Below are positions 9,048-16,575 of a stretch of DNA of 20,000 nt, piece by piece. The number at the start of each line of letters is the position of its first letter. Position 1 is the stretch's first letter. The stretch comes from an uncultured virus (IMG/VR IMGVR_UViG_3300026250_000004) (Duplodnaviria; Heunggongvirae; Uroviricota; Caudoviricetes). Below the pieces are notes generated by a model, which was given only the letters and a program-made list of their open reading frames with translations, did not search any database and was not told where the DNA came from. The stretch lies in IMG/VR virus record IMGVR_UViG_3300026250_000004, one strand, 5' to 3'. The translations under genes were made by a program, and so were the position numbers.

Positions 9048-9340
9048 AAAAGGTGGTTTTTAACGAGTGCTTGTCAACCAGCGACGATGCAGGCATCATC
9101 CCTGTAACCACCCCATAACAAGCACCCGCCAACCGAATAGGCAGAATACAATAACTTTCGCAAACGTAATTCTGTGCGCATCCTATCGGTTGCAATATGC
9201 AGACAACGCTTTCGCGCTGCCAGGAACCTTTTGTACGCATGGCACATAGGCAAATCGCCCTTAATACGGTGTTGCCTAATGGTCAGCACCAATATTAACA
9301 GCGATATATAGTCAAATCCCTTTCGGGTATCTGCTATCAA
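9048..9340 (-). ncRNA. Highly structured ~290-nt RNA candidate with a 3' pseudoknot, immediately 5' of the tRNA
   Basis: At least five long helices with G-U pairs, two clear GAAA tetraloops, and a 9-bp loop-to-tail pairing (9106-9114 with 9050-9058). Confidence 0.65.
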
Positions 9341-9464
9341 TGGTTTTTAAACGACTCCTCATCTGCTTTTTCCCTAACCGCTTATTTCGCTTCCGCTGTT
9401 TACCACTTTTACCGTGGTTGAAACACGAATAACATTGCTCATGTTTCATTGCAAAGGCTCGCAT
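9312..9464 (-). CDS. Small basic hypothetical protein (50 aa)
   Basis: RBS GGGGGTGAT then ATG; MRAFAMKHEQCYSCFNHGKSGKQRKRNKRLGKKQMRSRLKTIDSRYPKGI. Confidence 0.5.
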   Translation of the reverse strand: MRAFAMKHEQCYSCFNHGKSGKQRKRNKRLGKKQMRSRLKTIDSRYPKGI

Positions 9465-9511
9465 AATATCACCCCCGTTAGAAGGCGACCACCCCCTTTT
9501 ATAAACTACTA

Positions 9512-10765
9512 TTAATTAGTTATTACTGGTGTATTTATGATGTTGGTTAATCCTAATTCTTTGTCATAAATAAATGTCTGTGCTTTCCTAACTGCCCCGA
9601 CATAACCAGAAGTATAATGCCAATGGTCGGTTGCTGTCGGTGAAGCTATACGCCTAATAATTACACCGTTAATCTCAACTATGGCATGTTCGCTATGCAA
9701 GTGCGCTGTGTGCATTTCGTTGTATTTAGCTTTACCCCATAATTCTTTTGCTTCAATCGGCATTAGAGCAGATAGTCTGTTCGCTTTTTCTTTATCACCA
9801 TGAGTAAAACCAATAAGAGTGTTACCATACAACATGTATTTTCGTGCCATTGGTGAAGTGTCTATTTCTACATTGTTGTCATTTCGGAACCATGCTTCCA
9901 AGTATTTAAGAGCATGATAACCTGTCATTTCATCATGGTTACTTGCCGTGTAGAAGGTTTTAACTGGTGCAATAGCTGAAAACAAAGTGATGGCTTCTAC
10001 AAGCATTTCAACCCCTTTGTTAAATAACTTTTGCCAACGAATATCTACGCTTTGTTGCGTTCCTGCTGTAGTTGTATTGGTTATCGTATCGCAGTTAAAA
10101 AAATCATTTGCCCATACAAAGGTTATGTAATCCAAGTCTCTAGACAGTTCGCTATAAATCCTTGTGGTTATATCTCTAAATACCTGCATAGCTATTTTAT
10201 AATCAAAGTTATTGCCTGTATCGCCCACCCAGCAAAGTTTTCCCAAGTGTAAATCAGCTATGTTTATTTCTGCCATGCGATTACGCTTCGGTTGTGGTTT
10301 TGACTTGATGTTAATTGGCATAACGAATTTTCTGTCTAACTGCTCAAAATGTTTATCTATTTCTTCAAGCGATAAGCCTTGCTTTTTCGGCTTAACCGTT
10401 AGTTTTGACTGATAGAGAGTTAATGTTTTGTTCTCTTTAGTCTGGTTTTGCCAAAAGTTGTTACGGTATGATATAACTTCCCATAAATCCTTTTTAAGTC
10501 CGTGTTTCTCCATCATCAATTCAGGTGTTATTTCTTCAAGATGGCTAATTTCAATGATTCGCTCTGATATGCTGTCACCATTTGCTTTGTATTCAAAACT
10601 ACCTTTAGTGTCTGTAGGGGGTGTATCGGTTGTTGCATTTTGCTTAATGTTGCTCTTTATCCAACGCCTTAAACTTCGTTCGTTTCTGCCTGTAGCCCGT
10701 GCTATTCCTGCTACAGTACCATGTTCTTCTAGCAATCTATTGTATTCTTCAACCGTAAGGCTCAA
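9512..10765 (-). CDS. Calcineurin-like metallophosphoesterase with N-terminal HTH
   Basis: Motifs DLHLG, ANDFFN, SNHD, HGD, AHLH; N-terminal TVAGIARATGRNERSLRRW helix-turn-helix. Confidence 0.85.
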   Translation of the reverse strand: MSLTVEEYNRLLEEHGTVAGIARATGRNERSLRRWIKSNIKQNATTDTPPTDTKGSFEYKANGDSISERIIEISHLEEITPELMMEKHGLKKDLWEVISYRNNFWQNQTKENKTLTLYQSKLTVKPKKQGLSLEEIDKHFEQLDRKFVMPINIKSKPQPKRNRMAEINIADLHLGKLCWVGDTGNNFDYKIAMQVFRDITTRIYSELSRDLDYITFVWANDFFNCDTITNTTTAGTQQSVDIRWQKLFNKGVEMLVEAITLFSAIAPVKTFYTASNHDEMTGYHALKYLEAWFRNDNNVEIDTSPMARKYMLYGNTLIGFTHGDKEKANRLSALMPIEAKELWGKAKYNEMHTAHLHSEHAIVEINGVIIRRIASPTATDHWHYTSGYVGAVRKAQTFIYDKELGLTNIINTPVITN

Positions 10766-10861
10766 GCTATCTCCCCCTTAAATTCTCCACTTCGCCACAC
10801 CACCCGACGTTTACCGCTGTCCCCCCGGGACTCCCAAAAGTGGAGTGAATTTTATGCAAAA

Positions 10862-10893
10862 TAAAAACCCCGGGCCCGTAGGTCACCGGAGTA
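10862..10893 (-). terminator. Intrinsic terminator
   Basis: Minus strand CTCCGGTGACC-TAC-GGGCCCGGG-TTTTTATTTT after the 10900-11451 ORF. Confidence 0.5.
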
Positions 10894-10899
10894 TGATCG

Positions 10900-11451
10900 T
10901 TAACAGTATATGCGGATACCGTCTTCCATGCTTTTATCCTTTAATTTATAAACTACTTTCTCCCAAAACCTTTCCATAGGAGTACAACACAATTCATATT
11001 TGTTAAAACCACAAGCTACTTCCTGCTGTCGGCATATGCTATTTATTATCTTTAACGCAAATATATCGGATTTTATATCTACCATTAAGTTTTTTAAACA
11101 TATCCAGGCTTCATTCCTTAAAACAATGCTTCCCCAAGCATCGGGATAAGCAAACTTATTGCTTTTTGTCGTGTTGCAATATTTTTCAACCAAAAACCCT
11201 AATGGTTTACCTAACTCATCTGCTGGTAACTTCATAGTGTCGCTAAAATAATCTCCATGCTTAACCCAAACGTCATCGCCCTTGATAAATACGCCACACC
11301 TGCATTTTTGAGGAATATAGTCTATCGAGAAAGCATGCTTAATGTTTTTTAACTCTTTAGGTTTCTTTATTTTTGGTTCGCCATAAAAACGGATGAAATG
11401 TAAAAACTCAGTCTTAATAACCAAGCCATAATCGCCTTCCGCGCTCATCAA
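10900..11451 (-). CDS. Hypothetical protein (183 aa)
   Basis: Long ORF with RBS AGGAG; no recognised motif. Confidence 0.6.
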   Translation of the reverse strand: MMSAEGDYGLVIKTEFLHFIRFYGEPKIKKPKELKNIKHAFSIDYIPQKCRCGVFIKGDDVWVKHGDYFSDTMKLPADELGKPLGFLVEKYCNTTKSNKFAYPDAWGSIVLRNEAWICLKNLMVDIKSDIFALKIINSICRQQEVACGFNKYELCCTPMERFWEKVVYKLKDKSMEDGIRIYC

Positions 11452-11542
11452 CTCCTATTAACCAAAATCTCTTTTTAGTTCGCTTAACTTCCCAACCTTT
11501 AGCTTTATAAATGAAATATTCTCTACGATTTATTGCTTTCAT
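11414..11542 (-). CDS. Small hypothetical protein (42 aa)
   Basis: RBS GGAGG; MKAINRREYFIYKAKGWEVKRTKKRFWLIGVDERGRRLWLGY. Confidence 0.4.
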   Translation of the reverse strand: MKAINRREYFIYKAKGWEVKRTKKRFWLIGVDERGRRLWLGY

Positions 11543-11544
11543 GG

Positions 11545-11700
11545 TTAGTCCTCCAATTCTGCCTTAATTCTTCTAGTTAATTCCTTCGCGGAAGGCTCAT
11601 AAATAGCCAACAGTGAGGGTTTTCCCTGACAATCTTGCTGTAATTTAGCTAAGTTTTTCTCTGCTTTTTGCAATAAGCAAATCCATTCTTCTTTAGTCAT
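11545..11700 (-). CDS. Small hypothetical protein (51 aa)
   Basis: RBS GGAGG; MTKEEWICLLQKAEKNLAKLQQDCQGKPSLLAIYEPSAKELTRRIKAELED; tightly packed between neighbours. Confidence 0.5.
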   Translation of the reverse strand: MTKEEWICLLQKAEKNLAKLQQDCQGKPSLLAIYEPSAKELTRRIKAELED

Positions 11701-11701
11701 G

Positions 11702-12343
11702 TTATCCTCCCACAATCGCCTTCAACTGCCTCAAGCTCTCATCCAACTCCTTGTTGACTATGCAGTAATCAGCTATCCCCAAGTTATCAAATTCACCCGA
11801 ACGAAAAGCATGTCTTACCCTATCCGCTATATTGTCCTCACTGTCACCCCTTGCCCTCATTCGCTCTACCGCTAGTTTGACAGGTACATAGACATAGATA
11901 ACTTTAACCTGTTCGCTGCCGTAAAGAGCCTTGAATTGCTCTACCCCGTGCCTGTCCACTATCGCATAAGCAGAACCATTAGAAGATAAGACTCGCTCGA
12001 CCTCGGCTTTAGATGTGCCATAGCTATTATCGTTATAAACAGTTGACTCAATCATAGGTATTGATCCAAACTGTTCTTTAGTTACAAAGTAATAGGTCAG
12101 TCCTTCAACTTCGCCTTTACGCATCGGTCGAGTTGTTGTGCTAATCAACTCTGGTATTCCCAACTCTTTTAGATAGCAACCGAGCGTTGATTTGCCTGCG
12201 CCGGATGGACCCAATAAAAGGTATAATGTTCTGCTTTTAGGCGGTGGATTAATCCTGCGCCCTAATTCTGCCCATGTGTTTGGCACTGTTCCTGCTGTTA
12301 ATTGCGGTTGCGGCAATGTAAATGTAATTTTACACATAATCAC
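11702..12343 (-). CDS. gmk: Guanylate kinase-like nucleotide monophosphate kinase
   Basis: P-loop GPSGAGKST; guanylate kinase signature STTTRPMRKGEVEGLTYYFV; YGT motif. Confidence 0.88.
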   Translation of the reverse strand: MIMCKITFTLPQPQLTAGTVPNTWAELGRRINPPPKSRTLYLLLGPSGAGKSTLGCYLKELGIPELISTTTRPMRKGEVEGLTYYFVTKEQFGSIPMIESTVYNDNSYGTSKAEVERVLSSNGSAYAIVDRHGVEQFKALYGSEQVKVIYVYVPVKLAVERMRARGDSEDNIADRVRHAFRSGEFDNLGIADYCIVNKELDESLRQLKAIVGG

Positions 12344-12684
12344 TCACCCACTTTCGGCACTTCTTCCATCGAATAAAATATCTGCAAGCCAAACTCTTTA
12401 GCCCGTTCCAATTCAATGCAAGCACCCCTTGATTCACCGATAAAGAAAAGTGCATCACATTTCGTGAGCCAAACATCGTCATATTCCATCCAAAATTCCC
12501 ACGGCAGCTCTATTCCCTTTTCCTGTGCGTGAGTATCTAAAAAATGCGATAAATGCGGGGCATATGGATAATATCCCCTATTAATCAATTCAAGTGCAAC
12601 GTCCATAGCCCTCTTGGTATTTTCCAATCTGCCTTGTTCTGTATCTGCCGAATAAGGTCCGGCACAATAGATTAATGGTTTCAT
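12340..12684 (-). CDS. DUF4406/DUF1937-like nucleoside 2-deoxyribosyltransferase-fold protein
   Basis: IYCAGPYS, PYAPH, WLTKCDAL and ESRGACIELERAKEFG motifs. Confidence 0.75.
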   Translation of the reverse strand: MKPLIYCAGPYSADTEQGRLENTKRAMDVALELINRGYYPYAPHLSHFLDTHAQEKGIELPWEFWMEYDDVWLTKCDALFFIGESRGACIELERAKEFGLQIFYSMEEVPKVGE

Positions 12685-12695
12685 TTAGACCCTCC

Positions 12696-13325
12696 TTAAC
12701 CAAATAAACTCATTTGCTCTCCATAAAAATAACCCGGCACGTTTGTACCGGATTGTAAGCTTCCCCATTGTTGCGCCATAGCATCGGCTATACCTTGAAA
12801 TGTTCTTGAGCGTTCCTTCCATCTGTCGGGGCCGGGCGGCGTTTTGTGTATTCTTTGCTCTCTACCCTCAACAATATTGGTTGACTCCAATTTAGGCAGG
12901 TTTTTTAACCACAAACAGGTCGCTTTGGTTTCCCCATGCCCGTATTGCCATGGTTGAACCACCTGCGTTTGTTGTGTCCCGATGATTTTTTTTGCATACT
13001 TGTGCATTATCGGGTTTTCAATAGCTATTCTGGGAATATCGGCATTGTATAGTATCTTAAAAAACTCTGCCCCTTCTCGCATTGCATCCCATCGCCCCTC
13101 TTGCGCACTAAGCCAACGCACTCCACTATTGCAAAGATAAGTGCATGGAGGGTGAGCTATCATTAAATCCCAACCGTCGTCCAATATTTCTAACACATCG
13201 CCTTGAATGTGCCATCTGGGGTCTGCTTCTGTTGGCAAAATATCGCAACTCCAAGCCTCATGCCCCCCCCGCCTAAAAGCATCGCGGACCACGCCGCTAT
13301 ATTCACAAGCAACTAAAACCCTCAT
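12696..13325 (-). CDS. Phage DNA cytosine-5 methyltransferase-like protein (short, variant motif I)
   Basis: VLVACEYSG, WSCD, IAHPPCT (catalytic PC), IENP, Q..QYGH..K.T.LW, RSRTFQGIADAMAQQWG. Start placed at ATG 13325 (track uses 13334). Confidence 0.7.
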   Translation of the reverse strand: MRVLVACEYSGVVRDAFRRGGHEAWSCDILPTEADPRWHIQGDVLEILDDGWDLMIAHPPCTYLCNSGVRWLSAQEGRWDAMREGAEFFKILYNADIPRIAIENPIMHKYAKKIIGTQQTQVVQPWQYGHGETKATCLWLKNLPKLESTNIVEGREQRIHKTPPGPDRWKERSRTFQGIADAMAQQWGSLQSGTNVPGYFYGEQMSLFG

Positions 13326-13350
13326 CACTAGCACCCGCCTTTCAATGCCC

Positions 13351-13425
13351 TGCCTACAAATAACAAAGGGCTTATATCAGGCAGTAGGCATCTGCTTTTC
13401 GGGAGCTACCCTAGATATAAGCCCT
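13351..13425 (-). ncRNA. C4/c4-2-like structured RNA element (copy 1) with downstream complementary target
   Basis: AGGGCTTATATC TAGGGTAGCTCC CGAAAA GCAGATGCCTACTGC CT GATATAAGCCCT three-way junction; loop TGCCTAC is complementary to GTAGGCA at 13351-13357. Confidence 0.6.
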
Positions 13426-13442
13426 GTATTAACTTGCTTAAC

Positions 13443-13643
13443 TTAAAAACCTAACTTCCGTTTAATCCTTTTCCAAAAGGAAACATTCTTCTCGATTATC
13501 ACGACAATCGGCTCTCCTGCCATCACCTTAGCTTCGATGAACTCCTGCAAGTCTGAAAGCAACTGCTCATAGTCTTTCTCTTCTCGCTTTACCGAAAGGG
13601 GAATTATTTTACATCGCTGATTCAATCCATCTGCCTTCTTCAT
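13443..13643 (-). CDS. Hypothetical protein (66 aa)
   Basis: ORF with RBS GGTGGAG, overlapping the end of the GGQ gene. Confidence 0.5.
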   Translation of the reverse strand: MKKADGLNQRCKIIPLSVKREEKDYEQLLSDLQEFIEAKVMAGEPIVVIIEKNVSFWKRIKRKLGF

Positions 13644-13971
13644 CTCGCATCTCCACCTTTAAATTCTCTGGTTGCATAGAACTCTCTACTTCCTGCTTTA
13701 TATCTGCTAATCTGCCCAACCTTTTAGCAACCTCTAGCTTGTACCACTTCTGGAATATCTCTGTTTCGACGCAACGCTTAAAAGCTGTCTGCTGATTATG
13801 CAACCTAGAACGACCTTCTTCGCTTTTGCCAACTGCACCGGATTCAACATGTGTTATACGGCAACAATTTTCAGTTTTGTTTCTCTTTTGGCCTCCCTTG
13901 CCTGTACCACGATAATAGTCAATCCTAAAATCCTTTTTTGTTACCGAAAATAATGGTTGCTTGTTTTCCAT
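13609..13971 (-). CDS. Peptide chain release factor-like GGQ domain protein (ArfB/YaeJ-like peptidyl-tRNA hydrolase domain)
   Basis: DFRIDYYRGTGKGGQKRNKTENCCRITHVESG...GRSRLHNQQTAFKR matches RF domain 3. Confidence 0.85.
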   Translation of the reverse strand: MENKQPLFSVTKKDFRIDYYRGTGKGGQKRNKTENCCRITHVESGAVGKSEEGRSRLHNQQTAFKRCVETEIFQKWYKLEVAKRLGRLADIKQEVESSMQPENLKVEMRDEEGRWIESAM

Positions 13972-13985
13972 AAAATCAACTCCAA

Positions 13986-14010
13986 TAAAAAAAACACTCC
14001 CAAAGAGTGC
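13986..14010 (-). terminator. Intrinsic terminator-like hairpin
   Basis: Minus strand GCACTC-TTTGG-GAGTGT-TTTTTTT. Confidence 0.5.
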
Positions 14011-14075
14011 TAAAATTTTTCTAAAAATATTTTCTGAACCTCAATTCTAAAACATACCCCCACCCATTCGTGGAT

Positions 14076-14423
14076 TTACTTAAATAGCTTGAACATTATC
14101 TTATTAGCCTTATCCATGTTCTTCTGACGATGATATTCCCAGTCTCTACGATACTTTAGAAATGGCTCAACTTTGGTTCTGCTTGTCAACATAACACACA
14201 ACACGCCACATAAATAAAACTTCGCTGCCTTGTTCACACGCTCTCTGCGCCTGTCACTGTTAATGGCTACACAGCTTTCTAGCATGTCTTGAAGGATTAT
14301 GTTAGCTGCACCAATGTTAAGCTCTGCATCTATTATCCTGTCGGACAGTAAAATATCATCTGCTTTTAACATCTCGCGAATTTCATCATGGTAGTTTTCT
14401 CCTAGATAGTTTTTGATGAGCAT
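14076..14423 (-). CDS. Paralog of the head-tail connector protein
   Basis: LLSDRII..AAKFYLCGVLCVMLTSRTKV..RDWEYHRQK aligns with ILPDADI..AVIAQVCALLCTGMAQRVKV..TNWDKKKRE of 1015-1428. Confidence 0.6.
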   Translation of the reverse strand: MLIKNYLGENYHDEIREMLKADDILLSDRIIDAELNIGAANIILQDMLESCVAINSDRRRERVNKAAKFYLCGVLCVMLTSRTKVEPFLKYRRDWEYHRQKNMDKANKIMFKLFK

Positions 14424-14424
14424 T

Positions 14425-14655
14425 TTAAACCTCCATTGAATTTATTAGCTTGGCATATCGCTTATCGGTTAAATAGTCAAGCTCATGCAATATCTCTATC
14501 TGCTCTCTATTTAATCCCTTTATGTGATACCAAAAGAATAAGAAAACAGGGGCATATAATCTTCTGTAGCACCATTGACGATAATACCAGTTTGGAAAGT
14601 TGTATATTGCATCATCTATTGACCTGCCTATAGACCTCCCCACGTCCTCGAACAT
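14425..14655 (-). CDS. Hypothetical protein (76 aa)
   Basis: Strong RBS AAGGAGGTGG; aromatic-rich central segment. Confidence 0.6.
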   Translation of the reverse strand: MFEDVGRSIGRSIDDAIYNFPNWYYRQWCYRRLYAPVFLFFWYHIKGLNREQIEILHELDYLTDKRYAKLINSMEV

Positions 14656-14958
14656 AAAACCACCTCCTTAATAGAGTTTTTGTCGAAAGTCAAAAAACTG
14701 TTGCGAACTGGGAGCGCGCCCTTTGCCGCCGCGCTGACCCCCCTGGCATGTATGGAGTATACCCCCTCCCTCCCCCGCGCTGGCTCTGTCCCTTGCCAAA
14801 AAGGATAGGCTTACCTGCTCGCCGGTCTAATCCTGCCTCTAAAACAAAAACGGTATTATTATCAAATCGCTGAAAAGCCGGTATAATGGGCAGCGCAAAG
14901 AATAGTACCGAAAATAGCTGAAAGCGGTATTAATATTGGAGGTCTGGGCAAGCTAATA

Positions 14959-15378
14959 CTAATCAGCTTGTCGGCTGTCTAATAGTTCTCTGAGTGATGG
15001 GCCTGCATCTATCGTCTGGTTGATGTTTACAGTGGCTGTAGGCACATGTAGCCCGCTCATCTGAAGTATAGTCTGAGCCGCTTGTATATCGCCTGCTATG
15101 GCTCTGGCTGCCACTGACTGCATAGTGGGCATAGCTGCTGATATAGCTGTGACCTTGCAAGCGTCCAGATATGCGGCAACGAAGCGCGGATCCTTGAAAA
15201 GCCGATAGTAGCTATCCCGGCTAATACCTGCCTTTTGGCATATCTGAGAGACGTTGAGCTCCCTTGCTGTTGGCTCTACCAGGACAGCCAGTAGCGCATC
15301 ACCAGCAGGTGTCAAGGTTTCGGCCTTGTCAGTAAGAACCGGAGTGCTAACTAATTTTTCTAATATTTCCTCTTGCAT
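14959..15378 (-). CDS. HTH protein, phBC6A51-like / probable terminase small subunit
   Basis: LNVSQICQKAGISRDSYYRLFKDPRF HTH, then AIAGDIQAAQTILQMSG oligomerisation-type helices typical of TerS-like proteins. Confidence 0.65.
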   Translation of the reverse strand: MQEEILEKLVSTPVLTDKAETLTPAGDALLAVLVEPTARELNVSQICQKAGISRDSYYRLFKDPRFVAAYLDACKVTAISAAMPTMQSVAARAIAGDIQAAQTILQMSGLHVPTATVNINQTIDAGPSLRELLDSRQAD

Positions 15379-15419
15379 AATTATTCACCTACTTGCATAT
15401 TTATTCTACATTATTTTGT

Positions 15420-15520
15420 TCCTTTAGCGCATTAAAGCGTTAAAGCGTTAAAGTTGCTTATCCGGCTTTTATCTATCTTCATCTTACACTATATCCTTTA
15501 GTACACTAAAGCGTTAAAGC
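15420..15520. repeat. Two 27-bp direct repeats with internal palindrome (operator-like)
   Basis: TCCTTTAGCGCATTAAAGCGTTAAAGC (15420-15446) versus TCCTTTAGTACACTAAAGCGTTAAAGC (15494-15520), 3 mismatches. Confidence 0.65.
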
Positions 15521-15564
15521 AAATAGTCTTTTGCTCTGCCAGTTGAATTTTACATAAAGGAAAA

Positions 15565-16551
15565 CTATCTGGTGCAAACACGCTCTAGTAATTCATCTAA
15601 TTCAAACTCGCTTGCATCCTTCAATGTATCCATATATACACTCAAATCCTCAAAAATATGCAATATCGCATCATCTGGATATTTGAGTTCATATTTTTTC
15701 ATAGCAGTAATAATGTCCTGTTCTTCTTGCCCGGTAAATTCTATAGTTTGCTCGAATTTTTCTTTATAGCATCCGATAATGGCGTTAATGTAGCAGAGAT
15801 AGTCTAATCGTTCATTATTCACCTGTGGGTGTTCCGTTTTCTTTTTCTCTTGTTCCTCTTTTGCTATGCGTTCTTTTCGTGCCATTGCAAGTACTTCTTC
15901 TGCATATTTATCGGCATCGGTTATTTTCCCTAAAGGAATAAGTCCGGTTTGTAATTCGGATTCTTCAAAAGAGGATTCTTTTTCTTCTTTGTAACTATAG
16001 GAAACCATAGAGTAACTATTTGAAACTATAGGTAACGTTGTAGTCAAATTGTCTAACTCGATTTGGTCAGATTGACTAAGGTCTGTAGTCAGATTGTCCA
16101 CATCGTTATGGTCAACTTGACTAAATGTCTCTTGCTTATCTTCTGTATTATTCTCCGTATCTGTAGTCAAATTGACTATAGGTATAGTCAAACTGTCCAT
16201 AGTAATTTCTTTTAATCTTTCGTAATCAATCCGATACCATAGCGTCTGGTCGTTCTGGCGGCGGTTGTACTCGTTGGATGTGATTAATATTTTTTGTCCC
16301 CTGAGTTTTTCCAATACTCGTTGGGTCGTTTTTTTGCTCCAAAAAGGAAATTGCCTTGACCAATCTTCAAGACTGTTAAAAGTCCAGTAATGATCGTCAT
16401 AGAAGTTCTTTTCGGCTTTTTCGTTGGCTTTTATCCAGTACTCTATCTGCTGTAACACGATTGCTTCCTGTAGCCCAATCTTACAGGCTATTTCTTCGCT
16501 AAAATACCTTAATATTGGTATTTCGGGATTGTTTCTTTTTTTCTTTGCCAT
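15565..16551 (-). CDS. Phage replication initiator (N-terminal winged HTH)
   Basis: IGLQEAIVLQQIEYW..DDHYWTFNSLEDWSRQFPFWSKKTTQRVLEKL..DQTLWYRIDY N-terminal domain; iteron array in the central linker. Confidence 0.85.
   Translation of the reverse strand: MAKKKRNNPEIPILRYFSEEIACKIGLQEAIVLQQIEYWIKANEKAEKNFYDDHYWTFNSLEDWSRQFPFWSKKTTQRVLEKLRGQKILITSNEYNRRQNDQTLWYRIDYERLKEITMDSLTIPIVNLTTDTENNTEDKQETFSQVDHNDVDNLTTDLSQSDQIELDNLTTTLPIVSNSYSMVSYSYKEEKESSFEESELQTGLIPLGKITDADKYAEEVLAMARKERIAKEEQEKKKTEHPQVNNERLDYLCYINAIIGCYKEKFEQTIEFTGQEEQDIITAMKKYELKYPDDAILHIFEDLSVYMDTLKDASEFELDELLERVCTR
16041..16199. repeat. Six 15-bp palindromic iterons (TRGTCA-N3-TGWCYA), probable replication origin
   Basis: Copies start at 16041, 16064, 16086, 16109, 16164 and 16185. 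Confidence 0.8.
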
Positions 16552-16575
16552 CTCTTTACCTGCCTTTCAAGTAAA

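Noticed and set aside
9007..9340. Track ORFs 9007-9240, 9074-9340 and 9067-9249 as proteins
   Set aside because: No convincing RBS, one overlaps the tRNA, and extensive base-pairing explains the region better.
9048..9340. tmRNA, group I intron or theta ribozyme identity for the structured RNA
   Set aside because: No tRNA-like acceptor/T-arm or tag frame, no recognisable group I core, and theta ribozymes lie 3' of tRNAs whereas this element is 5'.
16041..16199. CRISPR-like mini-array
   Set aside because: Repeats are 15 bp with mostly 6-8 bp gaps inside the initiator gene, which fits iterons.
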